Below are positions 1 to 13,061 of a stretch of DNA of 64,000 bases, in pieces. This stretch comes from Octopus sinensis (lineage: Eukaryota). Each line of letters starts with the position of its first letter. Position 1 is the first letter of the stretch. The notes below the pieces were generated by a model. It made no database searches. It was not told where the DNA came from and saw nothing but the letters and a program-made list of their open reading frames with translations. The stretch covers positions 72,726,001 through 72,790,000 of the forward strand of contig NC_043003.1 in assembly GCF_006345805.1 (NCBI RefSeq), read 5' to 3'. Position numbers and translations under genes: made by a program.

Positions 1-129
1 CAAATAAATATTTGTAAATATAAAACCATCCGGATTTCTGAGTATCTCATTTCTTCTAATATATAATACCTGTACATCATCTCCAAACCTTCTAATATAT
101 ATATATATAGTCATATCTATGCTGATAAC

Positions 130-1480
130 ATGAAGAAGGGGCTTATTGCTTATTTTCCATTCACCAAAGTGATCGGAACTTTGGCCAGGAGGAACTGATG
201 TCATCAGATGGTAAACAACGATCATCGAGTACTTCGATCCTGTATTGTAACACCCTATCATTGGTGGGTCAGCAGTGGTGGCCACATTACTGCTCACTTT
301 CTCATGCTGGCCTCCAGTTTAACTCCTTTGTCTTGCTCCATGACCAGCAAGAGGCTCTTTCAGCTGCCTCGCCCATCCTGCACAAAGCTACCCATTGTTA
401 CTTTCTTCTCATTCCTATGGTTGTAAGGCATCTTCCTTCAGACTGGGCAAGTGTTCCCTATAGCCAGCTTCAACTGGGAAGAGCCATGATGGCCATCCCT
501 TCTCACTGCAGTTCTACAAAAGGCTCTCGTACTTGCTTTCCCCATGCCAACAAATGATAGGAATAGTGGTTTATTTTTAGCCAAGTATTTCTTCTACAGT
601 TTCCTTAGTAGGAAGATTGCATCCATGGTACCTTGAGACATGAAGCCAAATTGCATTTCATCTAGGTCTACCAGTCACAAATCAGTTGTGCTATATGACT
701 CTCTCTCTCTCTCTCTGATATTCATAACCTGATCCAGTAGCTTGCTTCCTCTATAGATCCTTCTCTTTAATGTGTCTCCTCTGCCTTTGTAGCAGTTTAT
801 GATGATACTACTAGACATTGGATTTGATTCCTTCTTGTATAAATTGATTGTTTATCCTAGCAATAATCATGTACCCTGTCTCACCAAATATTTTGAGCAT
901 CTTCTCAACTATCCTTAATGGGCTGGCAATTTTCCCTGTTCTCATGTCCTTCATTGCTCAATCTATCACACTGCTGTTAGTTTGAACTACTCGTCCCTCT
1001 GTAGGTTTAGCATGAGATTATAACCCTTTATCCCATGCTCTTTCCACATTCAATAATCTCCCATCAGATCAAATCCATGCTTATTTCTTGTCTTCCATAT
1101 CAGTGGTGAACATACTTTCGTCATTCTGAATACTTTTCTCACCAATGACACCGTGGTCCTTTCTCACATGCTGTCTTGCAATCTTCAACAACACATGCTC
1201 TGATCCTGATGTTACAAGACATTTTCAAGTCTCTTCCTTAGCCAAGTATAACTTCTAGCTTATACTTGTATGCCTTTCTAAGCCATTTGAAAATGCTTCC
1301 TATTACCACCTTCTTTCCAGCATTTCCAACACTGTCTCTTAACGCTTACTACTTGTCATCCACATCATTCTGCCACCATGTTACTTTTAGCTTAGCTGGA
1401 ATTTTGCTCCAACCACATATCTGAGTTGTAGCCTTAAGCAGGTTATTTTAGAGGAACACACAGTTTTCACTTAGGCTACA
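130..1480 (-). mobile_element. Degraded RTE-clade LINE, reverse transcriptase region
   Basis: The minus strand near 520-670 reads LDEMQFGFMSQGTMDAIFLLRKL*KKYLAKNKPLFLSFV, the RTE RT motif (QFGF...DAIF..RQLQEK). Many stops; boundaries approximate. Confidence 0.75.
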
Positions 1481-1758
1481 GGTATCAAACTCAACTTTCC
1501 TACAGTCACAAAATTAGAATTTTTAAAAATCTGTTCCCAATTTCAGGATCTTTTAGTTTCCATATCTTCTTTCTCCATGTTGTCTTTCATTTCTGTGCCT
1601 GCCAGCTTCTGACTCTGACGTAACTAGTTACTAATCTATGTTGTGTTGTGCATTCTTCACCAGGAAAGGTACATACACTCTTACACATACACATAATATA
1701 TGCATGTATGCAGTCATATCAACAGACAATTGTAAGTTTCTCTCTCTCCCCACCTCTC

Positions 1759-1813
<55 letters not shown>

Positions 1814-2587
1814 GTATATGTGCATACATGTGTATGTGGGTGGCTGTTTGTATGTGTGAATATGTGTAATATATTCCAGTATATTTTTAACCATAAGTAA
1901 ACAAAAAAAAAAAATGAAAAAAGAAGATATTAATAATATACATACAAACATATATATGTATATAAACATATATATCAAGAATCTAAAAATGTTTTAGAAG
2001 TTTTTCCAAACTCTCCAAAACATTGGAATGTAATTGGTCAGGATTTGTTTGTAAACTATTTCTAAATCTACTAAAATATTCTGACAGCTTTGTTATGTGC
2101 CACATATGGTTGCTGGTAATGGTTATAAATAACATACAGTCTACAGGAAAGAGATAGACAGATAGATAGAGAGAGATAGGGGGGGAGAGGGGGGAGATAT
2201 AGTGAGAGAGAGATAGTGAAAGAGAGAGAGGGAGATGAGGGTGGGGGTGTTATGTATGTATGTTTGTGTGTGTGTTTTGCCATATTTTGTCTATGTAGCT
2301 GCAGGCAGGGCTGTGGGGTTGAGAAATTAATTTTGTAACCCTGTGTGTTTCTGTCTTTGAATCTGCTGTGTGACTCATTGAGCAGGTGCCTTCTATTGTA
2401 GCCTTTGGTTAAATAATATCTTGTAAATGGAATTTAGTAGATGGAAACAGTTCAAAATTCACACTACAACCATATCCTCATCCACCCACACTATGTATGT
2501 AGATATTTGCACGTGTGTGGGCGTTATTTAGTAGTTCAATATTTTAGATCTTTAAAATAGATGAAAAAATATTATTAATTACAGGTG

Positions 2588-2960
2588 GTACAGGTGTGGC
2601 TATGTGGTAAGAAGTTTGCTTCCCAACTACATAGTTCTGGGTGGCAAGTGACTTCTACTATATCCTCTGACTGACCAAAGCTTTGTGAGTGGATTTGATA
2701 AAAGGAAACTGAAAGAAGTCTGTCGTGTATGTATATGTTGTCACTTATTATTATATACATAGGTGCAGGAGGGTCTGTGTGGTAAGTAGCTTGCTTACCA
2801 ACCACATGGTTCCGGGTTCAGTCCCACTGCATGGCACCTTGGGCAAGTGTCTTCTACTATAGCCTCGGGCCGAACAAAGCCTTGTGAGTGGATTTGGTAG
2901 ACGGAAACTGAAAGAAGCCCATCGTATATATGTATATGTATATATATGTGTGTGTGTGTT
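2588..2960 (+). mobile_element. Two adjacent partial tRNA-derived SINE copies (family B: ggctgtgtggtaag...ccttgggcaagtgtcttc)
   Basis: A-box/B-box-like head (TGTGTGGTAAG, GGTTCAGTCCC) and the same central domain as copies at 40930-41385 and 52368-52800. Confidence 0.75.
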
Positions 2961-3014
2961 TGTGTGTGTGTATACATATAGACATACATATATATATCTA
3001 CATATACACTTGTA

Positions 3015-3047
<33 letters not shown>

Positions 3048-4353
3048 CATTCATATCTACCTATTGGTCTGTGTCTATATATATATATAATTCATATCTA
3101 TCTATCTATCTATCTATTTGTCTGTGTGTGTGTGTCTCTCTATATATATACATATGTATGTGTATGTATGTATGTTTATAGTACATCTTTGTTTATGATA
3201 CATGTTTGTGTGAGTGTGTTCATGTTTTCTATCTATACAGTTGCTTGTTTGCAGTCTTACCATGAAAGCTGATCCAGGCTTGTTGATGTTTTGACATGTT
3301 GACTTGTTGCATGATTAATTTATAAATATATTTATGCTCATTTATACGGCGTCATTTGTTTTCAGTTGTCTATGTAAACAAGTTCAGGTTATTGTTTGAT
3401 TAACTGGAAACAATTGAGAGTTGGCAACAATCAGGGCATCTGGCCAAAGAAAACTCTGCCCCCACAAATTCTCATCTGATCCATATGAACATGGAAAAGT
3501 ATGTGTTAAAATGATGATAATATATAAATCAACATTACCAATATCATTTTTACATTTGCTTTCCATACTGGCATGTATTGGACAGGTTGTTTCAGCCTAA
3601 GTCAGTTCTTGTTTGGAGTTTTAGTCCTCTTTGATAGTTTGGTAGATCACACCTTGCTTGAATGTTTGTCATTGTTTCTATGGTTGGTTGTACTTGACTG
3701 AGTGTAGTTTATCATAGTATCAGCACTATGTACTTTGCTAAAAAAAAGGTGTTTTTTCTGCTCAGTATTGTTATTTGTATGCTACAGCTCTCTCTTCATT
3801 TGAAGAGAGAGCTGTTGCTGAAGATCTAGGATGGAAAGAAGAAAGATCAAGTGTATGAAAGGAGAGACAGAATGATTGGGGTGACTGAATGGAGGAGGAG
3901 GGAGAAAAGAGAAAGACAGTTCTAGATGTAACAAAAGATGTAATACTAATAGTATTAGTAGGATGTTATAGGACAGTAATCCTAGAAGATAATGGGTGAG
4001 GGCAAGTAATGGATAGTGTCTAAGGGTTAGCGGTAAGAGTGTAATGGATGTTAATAAAGAGTTACCTGAAGGAGGGGCATTGGATACTAGCCCTACAGAT
4101 AGGTAGTGTTAGCTGTGAAGAGTATGTACAAGTAATGCATAGTTAAGATGACAATGGTAATAAACTATAGATACCTGAGGGAGAGGGAGTGAAGGTAGGG
4201 GAGGACTGTATGAAATCCAGTGCTGTCTATCATTATAGTAGCTCATAGTGTGAGTCAGTAGGTTCTGGTGATGGTTGGGTCCTGTTATCTTCCCCACTTA
4301 TTAAAACTTTTGTCTTTAACTAAGTTTAGATTGAAGTCTCCCAATTCTAGATT

Positions 4354-4531
4354 GGCTATAAGAACTAGCTTATCAATATACAAAAGTACTTATGATTAGG
4401 CTATAAGAACTAGCTTATCAATATACAAAAGTACTTATGATTAGGCTATAAGAACTAGCTTATCAATATACAAAAGTACTTATGATTAGGCTATAAGAAC
4501 TAGCTTATCAATATACAAAAGTACTTATGAT
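4354..4531. repeat. 45-bp tandem repeat, 4 identical copies (last lacks 2 nt)
   Basis: Unit ggctataagaactagcttatcaatatacaaaagtacttatgatta starts at 4354, 4399, 4444 and 4489. Confidence 0.97.
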
Positions 4532-4967
4532 CAGCCACTTTTAAACGTCTTTATTATGGCTTGTCCTTGATGGATTTCTACCAGTATACTAAATTCATTG
4601 TTGAATTTATTGCTGATTCTTACCTTGTTGAGTGTGCCTCTCCACAAGTCATTCATCTCCCAACCAGATTACACTGTAGAAACCTGTCAAAGGCCTCTAG
4701 TTGCTGAATTCCAGGTATAAGACTTACTTCGAGGTAAGTTCTTCTGGAATTGTCTCAGTGGTACCTACTTTTTCCTGGTACAAAGTTCAACAGCATTTCA
4801 TGTATACTAATTCTCTTTGTAATCAGTTATACAAGTTAGACTTGTATGTGATGTCGTAGTGGAGAAGTGGTAGTATTGTTGTTGGTAGCAGTGATGATAG
4901 TGGAGTTGTAGGAGAGGAAATGATGATGATGACAATGCTGACATTGGGAGTGATGGTGGTAGTGTGC

Positions 4968-5029
<62 letters not shown>

Positions 5030-5039
5030 CTCTTTTTAG

Positions 5040-5140
5040 GTGAAATGTCGTGAGATTTACTGTGCTGAAGGATTCTTCTTGAATATACCTGAAATACCAG
5101 GAGCAGTGGCTTCTGTCAAAGAGTTGAGTAACATGGAGAA
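5040..5140 (+). CDS. NT5C/NT5M: 5'(3')-deoxyribonucleotidase, internal coding exon (probably exon 2), 101 nt
   Basis: Acceptor tctttttAG (5038-5039), donor GTaagt (5141). Translates VKCREIYCAEGFFLNIPEIPGAVASVKELSNME+aa, matching the family segment (...FF..L.P.PGAVEAVKEM...). The phase-2 end joins the next exon as AA|T = Asn. Confidence 0.92.
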
Positions 5141-5249
5141 GTAAGTATTTATCTGTCAGTCTCTTTATTAATCTACTCTCCTTGGCATCCTTTCCACTTT
5201 ATCTCTCTCTCCTGCTATATACATATATATATATATATATATATTTATA

Positions 5250-7094
5250 CATGGAGAAAGCCTTTGACAGGGTCCCCTGATCCCTCATCTGGTGGTCAAT
5301 GAGGAAACTAGGAATAGATGAATGGTTAGTGAGAGCTGTGCAAGCCATGTGCAGGGACGCTGTAAGTAAGGTAAGGGTTGGCAACGAGTACACTGAAGAA
5401 TTCAAGGTAGAGGTTGGGGTCCACCTGGGTTCAGTCCTCAGCCCCCTCCTATTTATCATAGTCCTCCAGGCAATAACAGAGGAATTCAAGACAGGATGCC
5501 CCTGGGAGCTCCTCTATGCTGACGACCTTGCTCTAATTGTTGAGTCACTATCAGAACTAGAGGAGAAGTTTCAAGTGTGGAAACAAGGATTAGAATCGAA
5601 GGTCCTTAAAATCAACCTAGCTAAAACCAAAGTCCTAATAAGTAGGAAGGCAGGCAAACCACAAATCCCTTCAGTTAGATGGCCCTGCTCGATCTGTAGT
5701 AGAGGCGCAGGTAGAAACTCTATTAGATGTACCCAGTGTAAGCTATGGACACATAAGAGGTGCATTAATATCAAAGGAAGGCTAACTGGGAAGATAGTTT
5801 TTGTATGTGGCAGATGCTCAGGAGCGATAAACACTGAAAATGCATAGAGACCAACTTCCGCCACATTTGAAGGAGAAAAACTAGATGTAGTTGATAGCTT
5901 CCGTTATCTAGGTGACCAAGTCAGTAGTGAGGGAGGGTGCGCTGAAAGTGTAGCTGCTAGAATAAGAATAGCCTGGGCAAAGTTCAGAGAGCTCTTACCT
6001 CTGCTGGTGACAAAGGGCCTCTCGCTCAGAGTAAAAGGTAGACTGTATGATGCATGTGCACAAATAGCCATGCTACACGGCAGGGAAACATGGGCTGTGA
6101 CTGCTGAGGACATGCGTAAGCTCACAAGGAATGAAGCCAGTATGATCCGATGGATGTGTAATGTCAGTGTGCATACTCAACAGAGTGAAAGTACCTTGAG
6201 AGAAAAGTTGGACCTAAGAAGCATTAAATGTGGTGTGCAAGAGAGACGACTGCGCTGGTATGGTCATGTGGCAAGAATGGATGAGGATAGCTGTGTGAAA
6301 AAGTGCCACACCCTAGCAGTTGAGGGAACCTGTGGAAGAGGTAGACCCAGGAAGACCTGGGATGAAGTGGTGAAGCACGACCTTCGAACATTAGGCCTCA
6401 CTAAGGAAATGACTAGCGACTGAGACTTTTGGAAATATGCTGTGCTCGAGCCAAATGGGACCATAACATGTGGCCTATGCCAGGAGCATAACCAGCCCAC
6501 TTATGTGTACCTTTTCCTTCTTTGGTCACTAAACTCTGTATGTGAAGACCTTTTGAGGCAAGTGAAATCAAAATCAATTCGATGACTGGCATCTGTGCTA
6601 GCGGGGTGCAAAGAGCACCATACGAGTGTGATTGTTGACAGAGTGGCTATTTGAGTATGATCGTTACCAGCATCGCCTTACTGGCACTCATGCCTGTGCT
6701 AGTAGGGTGCCAAGAGCACCATCTGAGCATGATTGTTGCCAGAGCAGCCAACTGGCTTCCGTACCCATGGCATGTACAAGGGCACCATTCGAGCGTGATC
6801 GTTACTAATGTCGCTTCACTGAGACCTGTGCCGGTGGTACATGTAAAAAGATTCGAGCGAGGTCATTGCCAGTACCACCTGACTGGCCCCCGTGCCAGTG
6901 GCACTTAAAAAGCACCCACTACACTCTCGGAGTGGTTGGCGTTAGGAAGGGTATCCAGCTGTAGAAACTCTGCCAGATCAAGATTGGAGCCTGGTGCAGC
7001 CATCTGGCTCGCCAGCCCTCAGTCAAAATGGTCCAACCCATGCTAGCATGGAAAGCGGATGTTAAACGATAATAATGATGATGATGATGATGAT
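5250..7094 (+). mobile_element. 5'-truncated RTE-clade LINE (C-terminal half of RT, 3' UTR, (GAT)n tail) inside the NT5 intron
   Basis: A single frame from 5251 reads EKAFDRVP*...GVHLGSVLSPLLF...LLYADDLAL (YADD 5515-5526)...KTKV...FRYLGD...RLRWYGHVAR...GRGRPRKTW, ending at 6423. Only two internal stops (5278, 5845). Ends in ccatgctagcatggaaagcgg..ttaaacgat(gat)n. Confidence 0.92.
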
Positions 7095-7500
7095 ATATAT
7101 ATATGGGCCTCCATGTTGAGTCTGAGGCCGTGTGGGAAGATGAATGGAGGCATAACATCACCATTACTAGTGATCACTCCAAACACCATGATGTTAATTG
7201 GATGTTTGATTTTTATCACTCTCAGTACATGTTCTCACATTGCACTGTCCTCAGATTGATACCCAAACACTTTGAAATGTTTGTATTGGAGCTTCTGGTA
7301 TGAATGCCAAACAGTACAGCACGTCATTTCCAAATTTCTGACAGATTCAATTGCATCATGGTTTTGTTTTTCTTGCAGATGGTGCCCAACTGATCCTATT
7401 GTACTGTGCAGTTAACAAAATCAAAATCAAACAATGTGCATGCGCAAAATTAAAAATATAAAATGGCAACAATTTACCCATTGCACCCTGTATGTGTGTG

Positions 7501-7580
<80 letters not shown>

Positions 7581-8249
7581 CGTCCCAGGTTTTCCAGGGA
7601 ACCCGTGGAAGAGGTAGACTCAGGAAAACCTGGGACGAGGTGGTGAAGCACGACCTTCGGACGTTAGGTCTCACCATGGAAATGACTAGAGACCGAGACC
7701 TATGGAAGTATGCTGTGCGTGAGAAGACCCGGCAAGACTAGTGAAGCCATAACCTGTGGTGCATACCTTCCTTCTTGTGACACTTGTGAAGACCTGTTGA
7801 GGCAAGTGAAAATCAAATCAAATCAAATCAAAATAGATGAATATCAATGGAATTTGTATCCTTGTGGTACCAGTGCCGGTGGCACATAAGAAAACCATCT
7901 GAACGTGACTGTAGCCAGTACCGCATCGACTGGCCTCCGTGCTGAGGGCATGTAACAAACACCATCCGAGCGTGGCTGTTCGCCAGCCTCGTCTGGCACC
8001 TATGTCGGTGACACATAAGAAAACATCCTCCGAGCGTGGCCGTCTGCCAGCCTCGTCTGGCACCTGTGTCGGTGGCACATAAAATCACCCACTACACTCT
8101 CGGAGTGGTTGGCGTTAGGAAGGGCATCCAGCTGTAGAAACACTGCCAGATCTGACTGGCCTGGTGCAGCCTTCGGGCTTGCCAGACCCCAGTTGAACCG
8201 TCCAACCCATGCTAGCATGGAAAGCAGACGTTAAACGATGATGATGATG
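7581..8249 (+). mobile_element. Heavily 5'-truncated copy of the same RTE family
   Basis: GTRGRGRLRKTWDEVVKHDLRTLGLT...* is homologous to 6330-6423, followed by the same 3' UTR and (GAT)n tail. Confidence 0.9.
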
Positions 8250-8545
8250 TATATATACACACACATCTCTCACACTATCATCTATGCGATATCTAATGTT
8301 TCCACTTCTCAACACTCAATTATACATCCACCACTTCCACCTCTACCTCTACATCACAACCACCACCACCACCACATCACCACCACTACATCACAATCAT
8401 CAGCAGCAGCACCAGCATCAGCATCTAACATCTTGAGTGATGTTTGCTGTAGATTATAATTGGGGTATCATGTGTATTTGACTTTGAAATATGCTGCTGT
8501 CTTCCAGTTTAAATAATCCATTTTAAAAACACATATGTACAAATG

Positions 8546-8623
8546 TGAATACACGCTCATATTCACACACATATGAACACACACTCATATTCACACACAT
8601 ATGAATACACACTCATATTCACA
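8546..8623. repeat. 28-bp tandem repeat, about 2.8 copies
   Basis: tgaa(t/c)acac(g/a)ctcatattcacacacata at 8546, 8574 and 8602. Confidence 0.85.
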
Positions 8624-9465
8624 TGCCAACACATACACATGACCCAAATGCTGTCTTACATGGCATTAATTCCTGTAACTATGTCGTTATAACTGTTGTT
8701 GTTGCTGTATTTTAGCCCTTGGTCAACACTCATCCAGCAGGCCTATAGTCAAAGGTCTCCTGGCTGTAAATCATCCTACATTATTTTTTTATCAGACATA
8801 GTGTATCTAGAACAACACTATCCTGTGTGTCTTTTATAAAGATTACAGAATGTGATTTGAGAGAAATTCAGCTGCTATTTCTAGCAGTTTCATGACCACA
8901 TAGGGGTACCTTTACTTGCTTATGTTGTTGTTAAACCACAGGTCAATCTTGAACCACTAAATCTACTTTATAAGGTACTCTAGCTGTGTATATAATTAGT
9001 ATTAGATGGACTATTTTTAGTGATATTCCTTTGTAAAAGAGTACTATTGCAACCTTTGTACTTACATGAATGTTACATGAAGAGTAAGTATAGTTAATAG
9101 TTGAAAGTTGAACATATTGACTACAGAAGCATTGTTGAGCTGCTAACAAAATATGAACATGAATTTTCTCTCATGAGGGTACCAAGTGAACACTTCCATT
9201 TTTTTAATTTAAGAAGGCCTCTGGATCGAGCAGACATTTTTGTTGATATGAACTGGTAACCTCTAACTTGTTGTTCAGTAACTTATTGACTTATCTATCA
9301 ATACTGGTAATCAATCAATCAATCATATTAATTCTCTGTTGTAATATCTGTCAATCAATGAAATTTCTATTTGTTAAATTATATCAACCTAAATTATTAT
9401 TGACTTGAATAGTTTCCTATTTAGTAACTAACTAATCAGTTATCCTCTTTTCTTTTCTTCTTTAG

Positions 9466-9529
9466 TGTTGAAGTATTTATTTGTACCAGCCCACTTATTG
9501 GAAATTACAGATACTGTGTCAGAGAGAAA
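9466..9529 (+). CDS. NT5C/NT5M: 5'(3')-deoxyribonucleotidase, internal coding exon, 64 nt
   Basis: Long pyrimidine tract plus AG at 9464-9465, donor GTaatg at 9530. Translates (N)VEVFICTSPLIGNYRYCVREK, the conserved VFICTSP...EK motif. Phases fit both neighbouring exons. Confidence 0.93.
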
Positions 9530-9603
9530 GTAATGTATAAATTTAAATATGTGTGCACATATGTGTATGTGTATATAGATGTGTGTATATATATATATAT
9601 ATA

Positions 9604-10032
9604 AGATCTTTTCGGTTTAATCGGCAGTTTTTAAAAATAATTTCCACGTAACTAAACACTTTTAAACTTCGTATACTGGTAAAATATTTTTATAAAACAT
9701 CTTTTTCTCTTGGCTTTATTGAGAAAATTCTATAGTTTGTAAGATATTTGTTGTTTTTTTTTTCTGCAATTTCTGCAATTTCAACCAATCAATGGCGTCT
9801 ATTGAGGTGAAAACATTCTGTGCCGTATGAATATGTCCCTCGTTTAAGAAACAGATTGGGTTTATTTACATTTCTGAAGAAAAAAAGATACCCTGCCCCC
9901 TAACCCTAACCAACCCTAACTCTTACCCTAAAACAGATTGAAATGCAATAGATCGATACTAGGGTCATAATTATGGGTGGCAATTTCATATGACACTGCT
10001 AGAAAAAACTGCCGTTCAAACCGAAAAGATCC
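9604..10032. mobile_element. MITE with about 29-bp TIRs in TA context, carrying telomere-like repeats
   Basis: Left agatcttttcggtttaatcggcagttttt versus reverse complement of right end ggatcttttcggtttgaacggcagttttt. TA on both sides. CCCTAA units at 9898-9931. Confidence 0.85.
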
Positions 10033-10822
10033 TATATATAAATATCATAATGTTTATATGCCAACAGAATGTGGTGGTCCTCTAAAGGACGATGTTACCG
10101 TTGTTTTAACCCCAGAAAAAAAATCTCTTCCAGCTGGCTATCAACACAGTTTGTGTCTGTATATTGTATTTGCAAGGGAGGTCATTGCTCCCATCTCTAG
10201 CCTTATATAATACTCACAGACCTAGGTTTCTGGATGTCATCTGTCCTCAGTGTGAGACAATCACAAGCTAGTGATGAAAGCTCTCTCTCCACTTGCAAAT
10301 ACTGTATTTTCTTTAAGTGACACACATCAACTTGCTGCTGATACTGCCAGACATGTTGTTGGTACTACTTTTGTTGATGTTGCTGCAACAAAAACAACAA
10401 CAGCAATGGCAGCACCAACAGTATAAGAATGCATATATGAAATGGAAGAACCTTTTAAGCTAGAACTAAATAATTACAGATCCTCTTTTAGGATTCCAGA
10501 GAGGTGCAATGTTATGTTTTTGGTTAACTACATATGGCATTTAAAAGAAGGAACACCATACAGGACTAAATGGAAGCTCCTGGAGCAGCCTGTATTTTTA
10601 CCTCCATTGGTAAAGAGGTTATGTGCCTCTGTCAGCAGGTCTTGTGACTTGCTTATATTACTGAGAAGAGTAATAGACATGAAACCAGTAGTAAATTTCT
10701 GACTGGCCACAACCAATGACTACATAAAATATTACTACTCAAAAAAAAGTTTTAGAGTGTGCTTTTTTTATTTTTACTTATGAACAACTGACTGATTTGA
10801 TATATATATATATAGTATATAT

Positions 10823-10867
<45 letters not shown>

Positions 10868-10899
10868 TGTGTGTGGGTGTGGTGTGTATATGTATATAT

Positions 10900-11142
10900 A
10901 GGGAGAGTTTATGGAAAAAACAAAAGATGAAGACAAGTGGTGTACAAAACAAAACAGATGTATTAGTATGATGCTCAGGAATAGAAAAAGTCTTTTATTT
11001 TCGAGCCTACGCTCTTCTACAGAAAGGAACACAGAAAAAACAAGGAGAGAAAAAAATGTGTGTAGTGTATATGTGTGTAATATATATATGTATGTATGTA
11101 TGTACGTACGTATGTGTGTAATATATATATAGTATGTGTGTG

Positions 11143-11205
<63 letters not shown>

Positions 11206-13020
11206 CTTATACATACATTACACTTGTACACACACACACTTACATTCATACAACCACACACCTACACAGCCATACCCTCACTCAGACACACACACACAAA
11301 CACACACAGACAACACCCATACATACATACATCTACACACACACGCCTACACACATACATACCACACACACACCACATACACACCCATACGCACACACAC
11401 ATATACTTATACACATGCACACACACACACATCATACATACACCCATACACATACACACACATACCTACATACTCCTATACGCACATACATACACACAGA
11501 CAAACACATACACACTACACCATACACACAACACATACTTACACACACACTCGCCTGCACGCACGCACACATGCATGACAAACACCCATACACTCACACT
11601 CACATACGCACACACCAACATAAACACGCACACGCACACACACACCTACACTCCCACACACATACATACGCACCTACATACACACACGCACGCATACACA
11701 CGCACACACACGCATACACACATACATTACACACGTACACACACACCTACATACACATGCATACACACACACACACAAACATGCACGGACACACCCAGAC
11801 ATACATACATACACCTATATACACACGCCCACACACCTACATACACACACATACATACACACACATACACGGACACACCCATACATACATACACCTATAC
11901 ACACACGCCTACACACCTACATACACACACATGCATACACACACACATGTACGCACATACACACACATATACGCACATACATATATACCCACACACATGC
12001 ACACACACACACATACGCACATGCATGCATGCATGCACACGCGCACACCTACACGCATACACACACACACACGCACGTACACATACATACATACACACAC
12101 ACATACATACACCCATACACATACATGCATCCTACACACACATACACACTCACACATACATACACACACACACACTCACTCAAACACCGTATGTACGCGC
12201 ACACACTGCACATACACACACTTCCACACACCCACACGTACTACATGCATACACACTCATACACATACACACACACACACACGGACATACATCTATGCAC
12301 ACACTATATACACACATACTCACACATTCAACGGACACACTGACACCCAGACATACACACAGACACACTCACACATCCACACACACCATACTTACGCGCA
12401 TACTCGCAGGCGCGCGCACACACGCGCTTGCGCCGGTTCCGCACGCATACGCGCTGCAGGACCTCGCTCGTTCCTGGGACCGTCGCCTGTCGTTGGGTTC
12501 TCCCACGCCCGTCTCCGCGGGACCCAATCTTCCATCTTTCCCCTCAGCTGGTTCCTTTTTCTTAAACCACCCCCTTTTTGTTACCCACACGCGCACACAT
12601 ACACACACCCACTCACACACAACATTGCTTAATATATCATTACTCTACACACATTCAAATCTACTTGCCATTAATACTACCACGACACTGGACACACACA
12701 CACACTACTACTCAACACACGCTGGCACGCTACATACGCCCCCACCCCTTCCCCTCCCTCCCTTCCTCCTTCCTTCATTTTCTTACCACTGACCACTGTC
12801 TGCTATGCCTACTACTGTCTCGCCCTACCTCACCACGCCTACACACAGACGCACACACTAACACATACATATATTTTTGTTTTTTATCTCGCCTCACACA
12901 CCATACACACACGCACACATCCACATACACACACATTCTGATACATACACACACATACACGGACACACCATACATACATACACCTATACACACACGCCTA
13001 CACACCTACATACACACACA

Positions 13021-13061
<41 letters not shown>

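Noticed and set aside
6600-8085. CRISPR-like repeat-spacer array
   Set aside because: Eukaryotic LINE UTR, variable parts only 6-11 nt and shared between copies, no cas genes. Reported instead as a hairpin array.
11134-12792. 552-aa and 498-aa His/Thr-rich ORFs
   Set aside because: Translation of CA-rich low-complexity DNA, which lacks stop codons in several overlapping frames; no domain signal.
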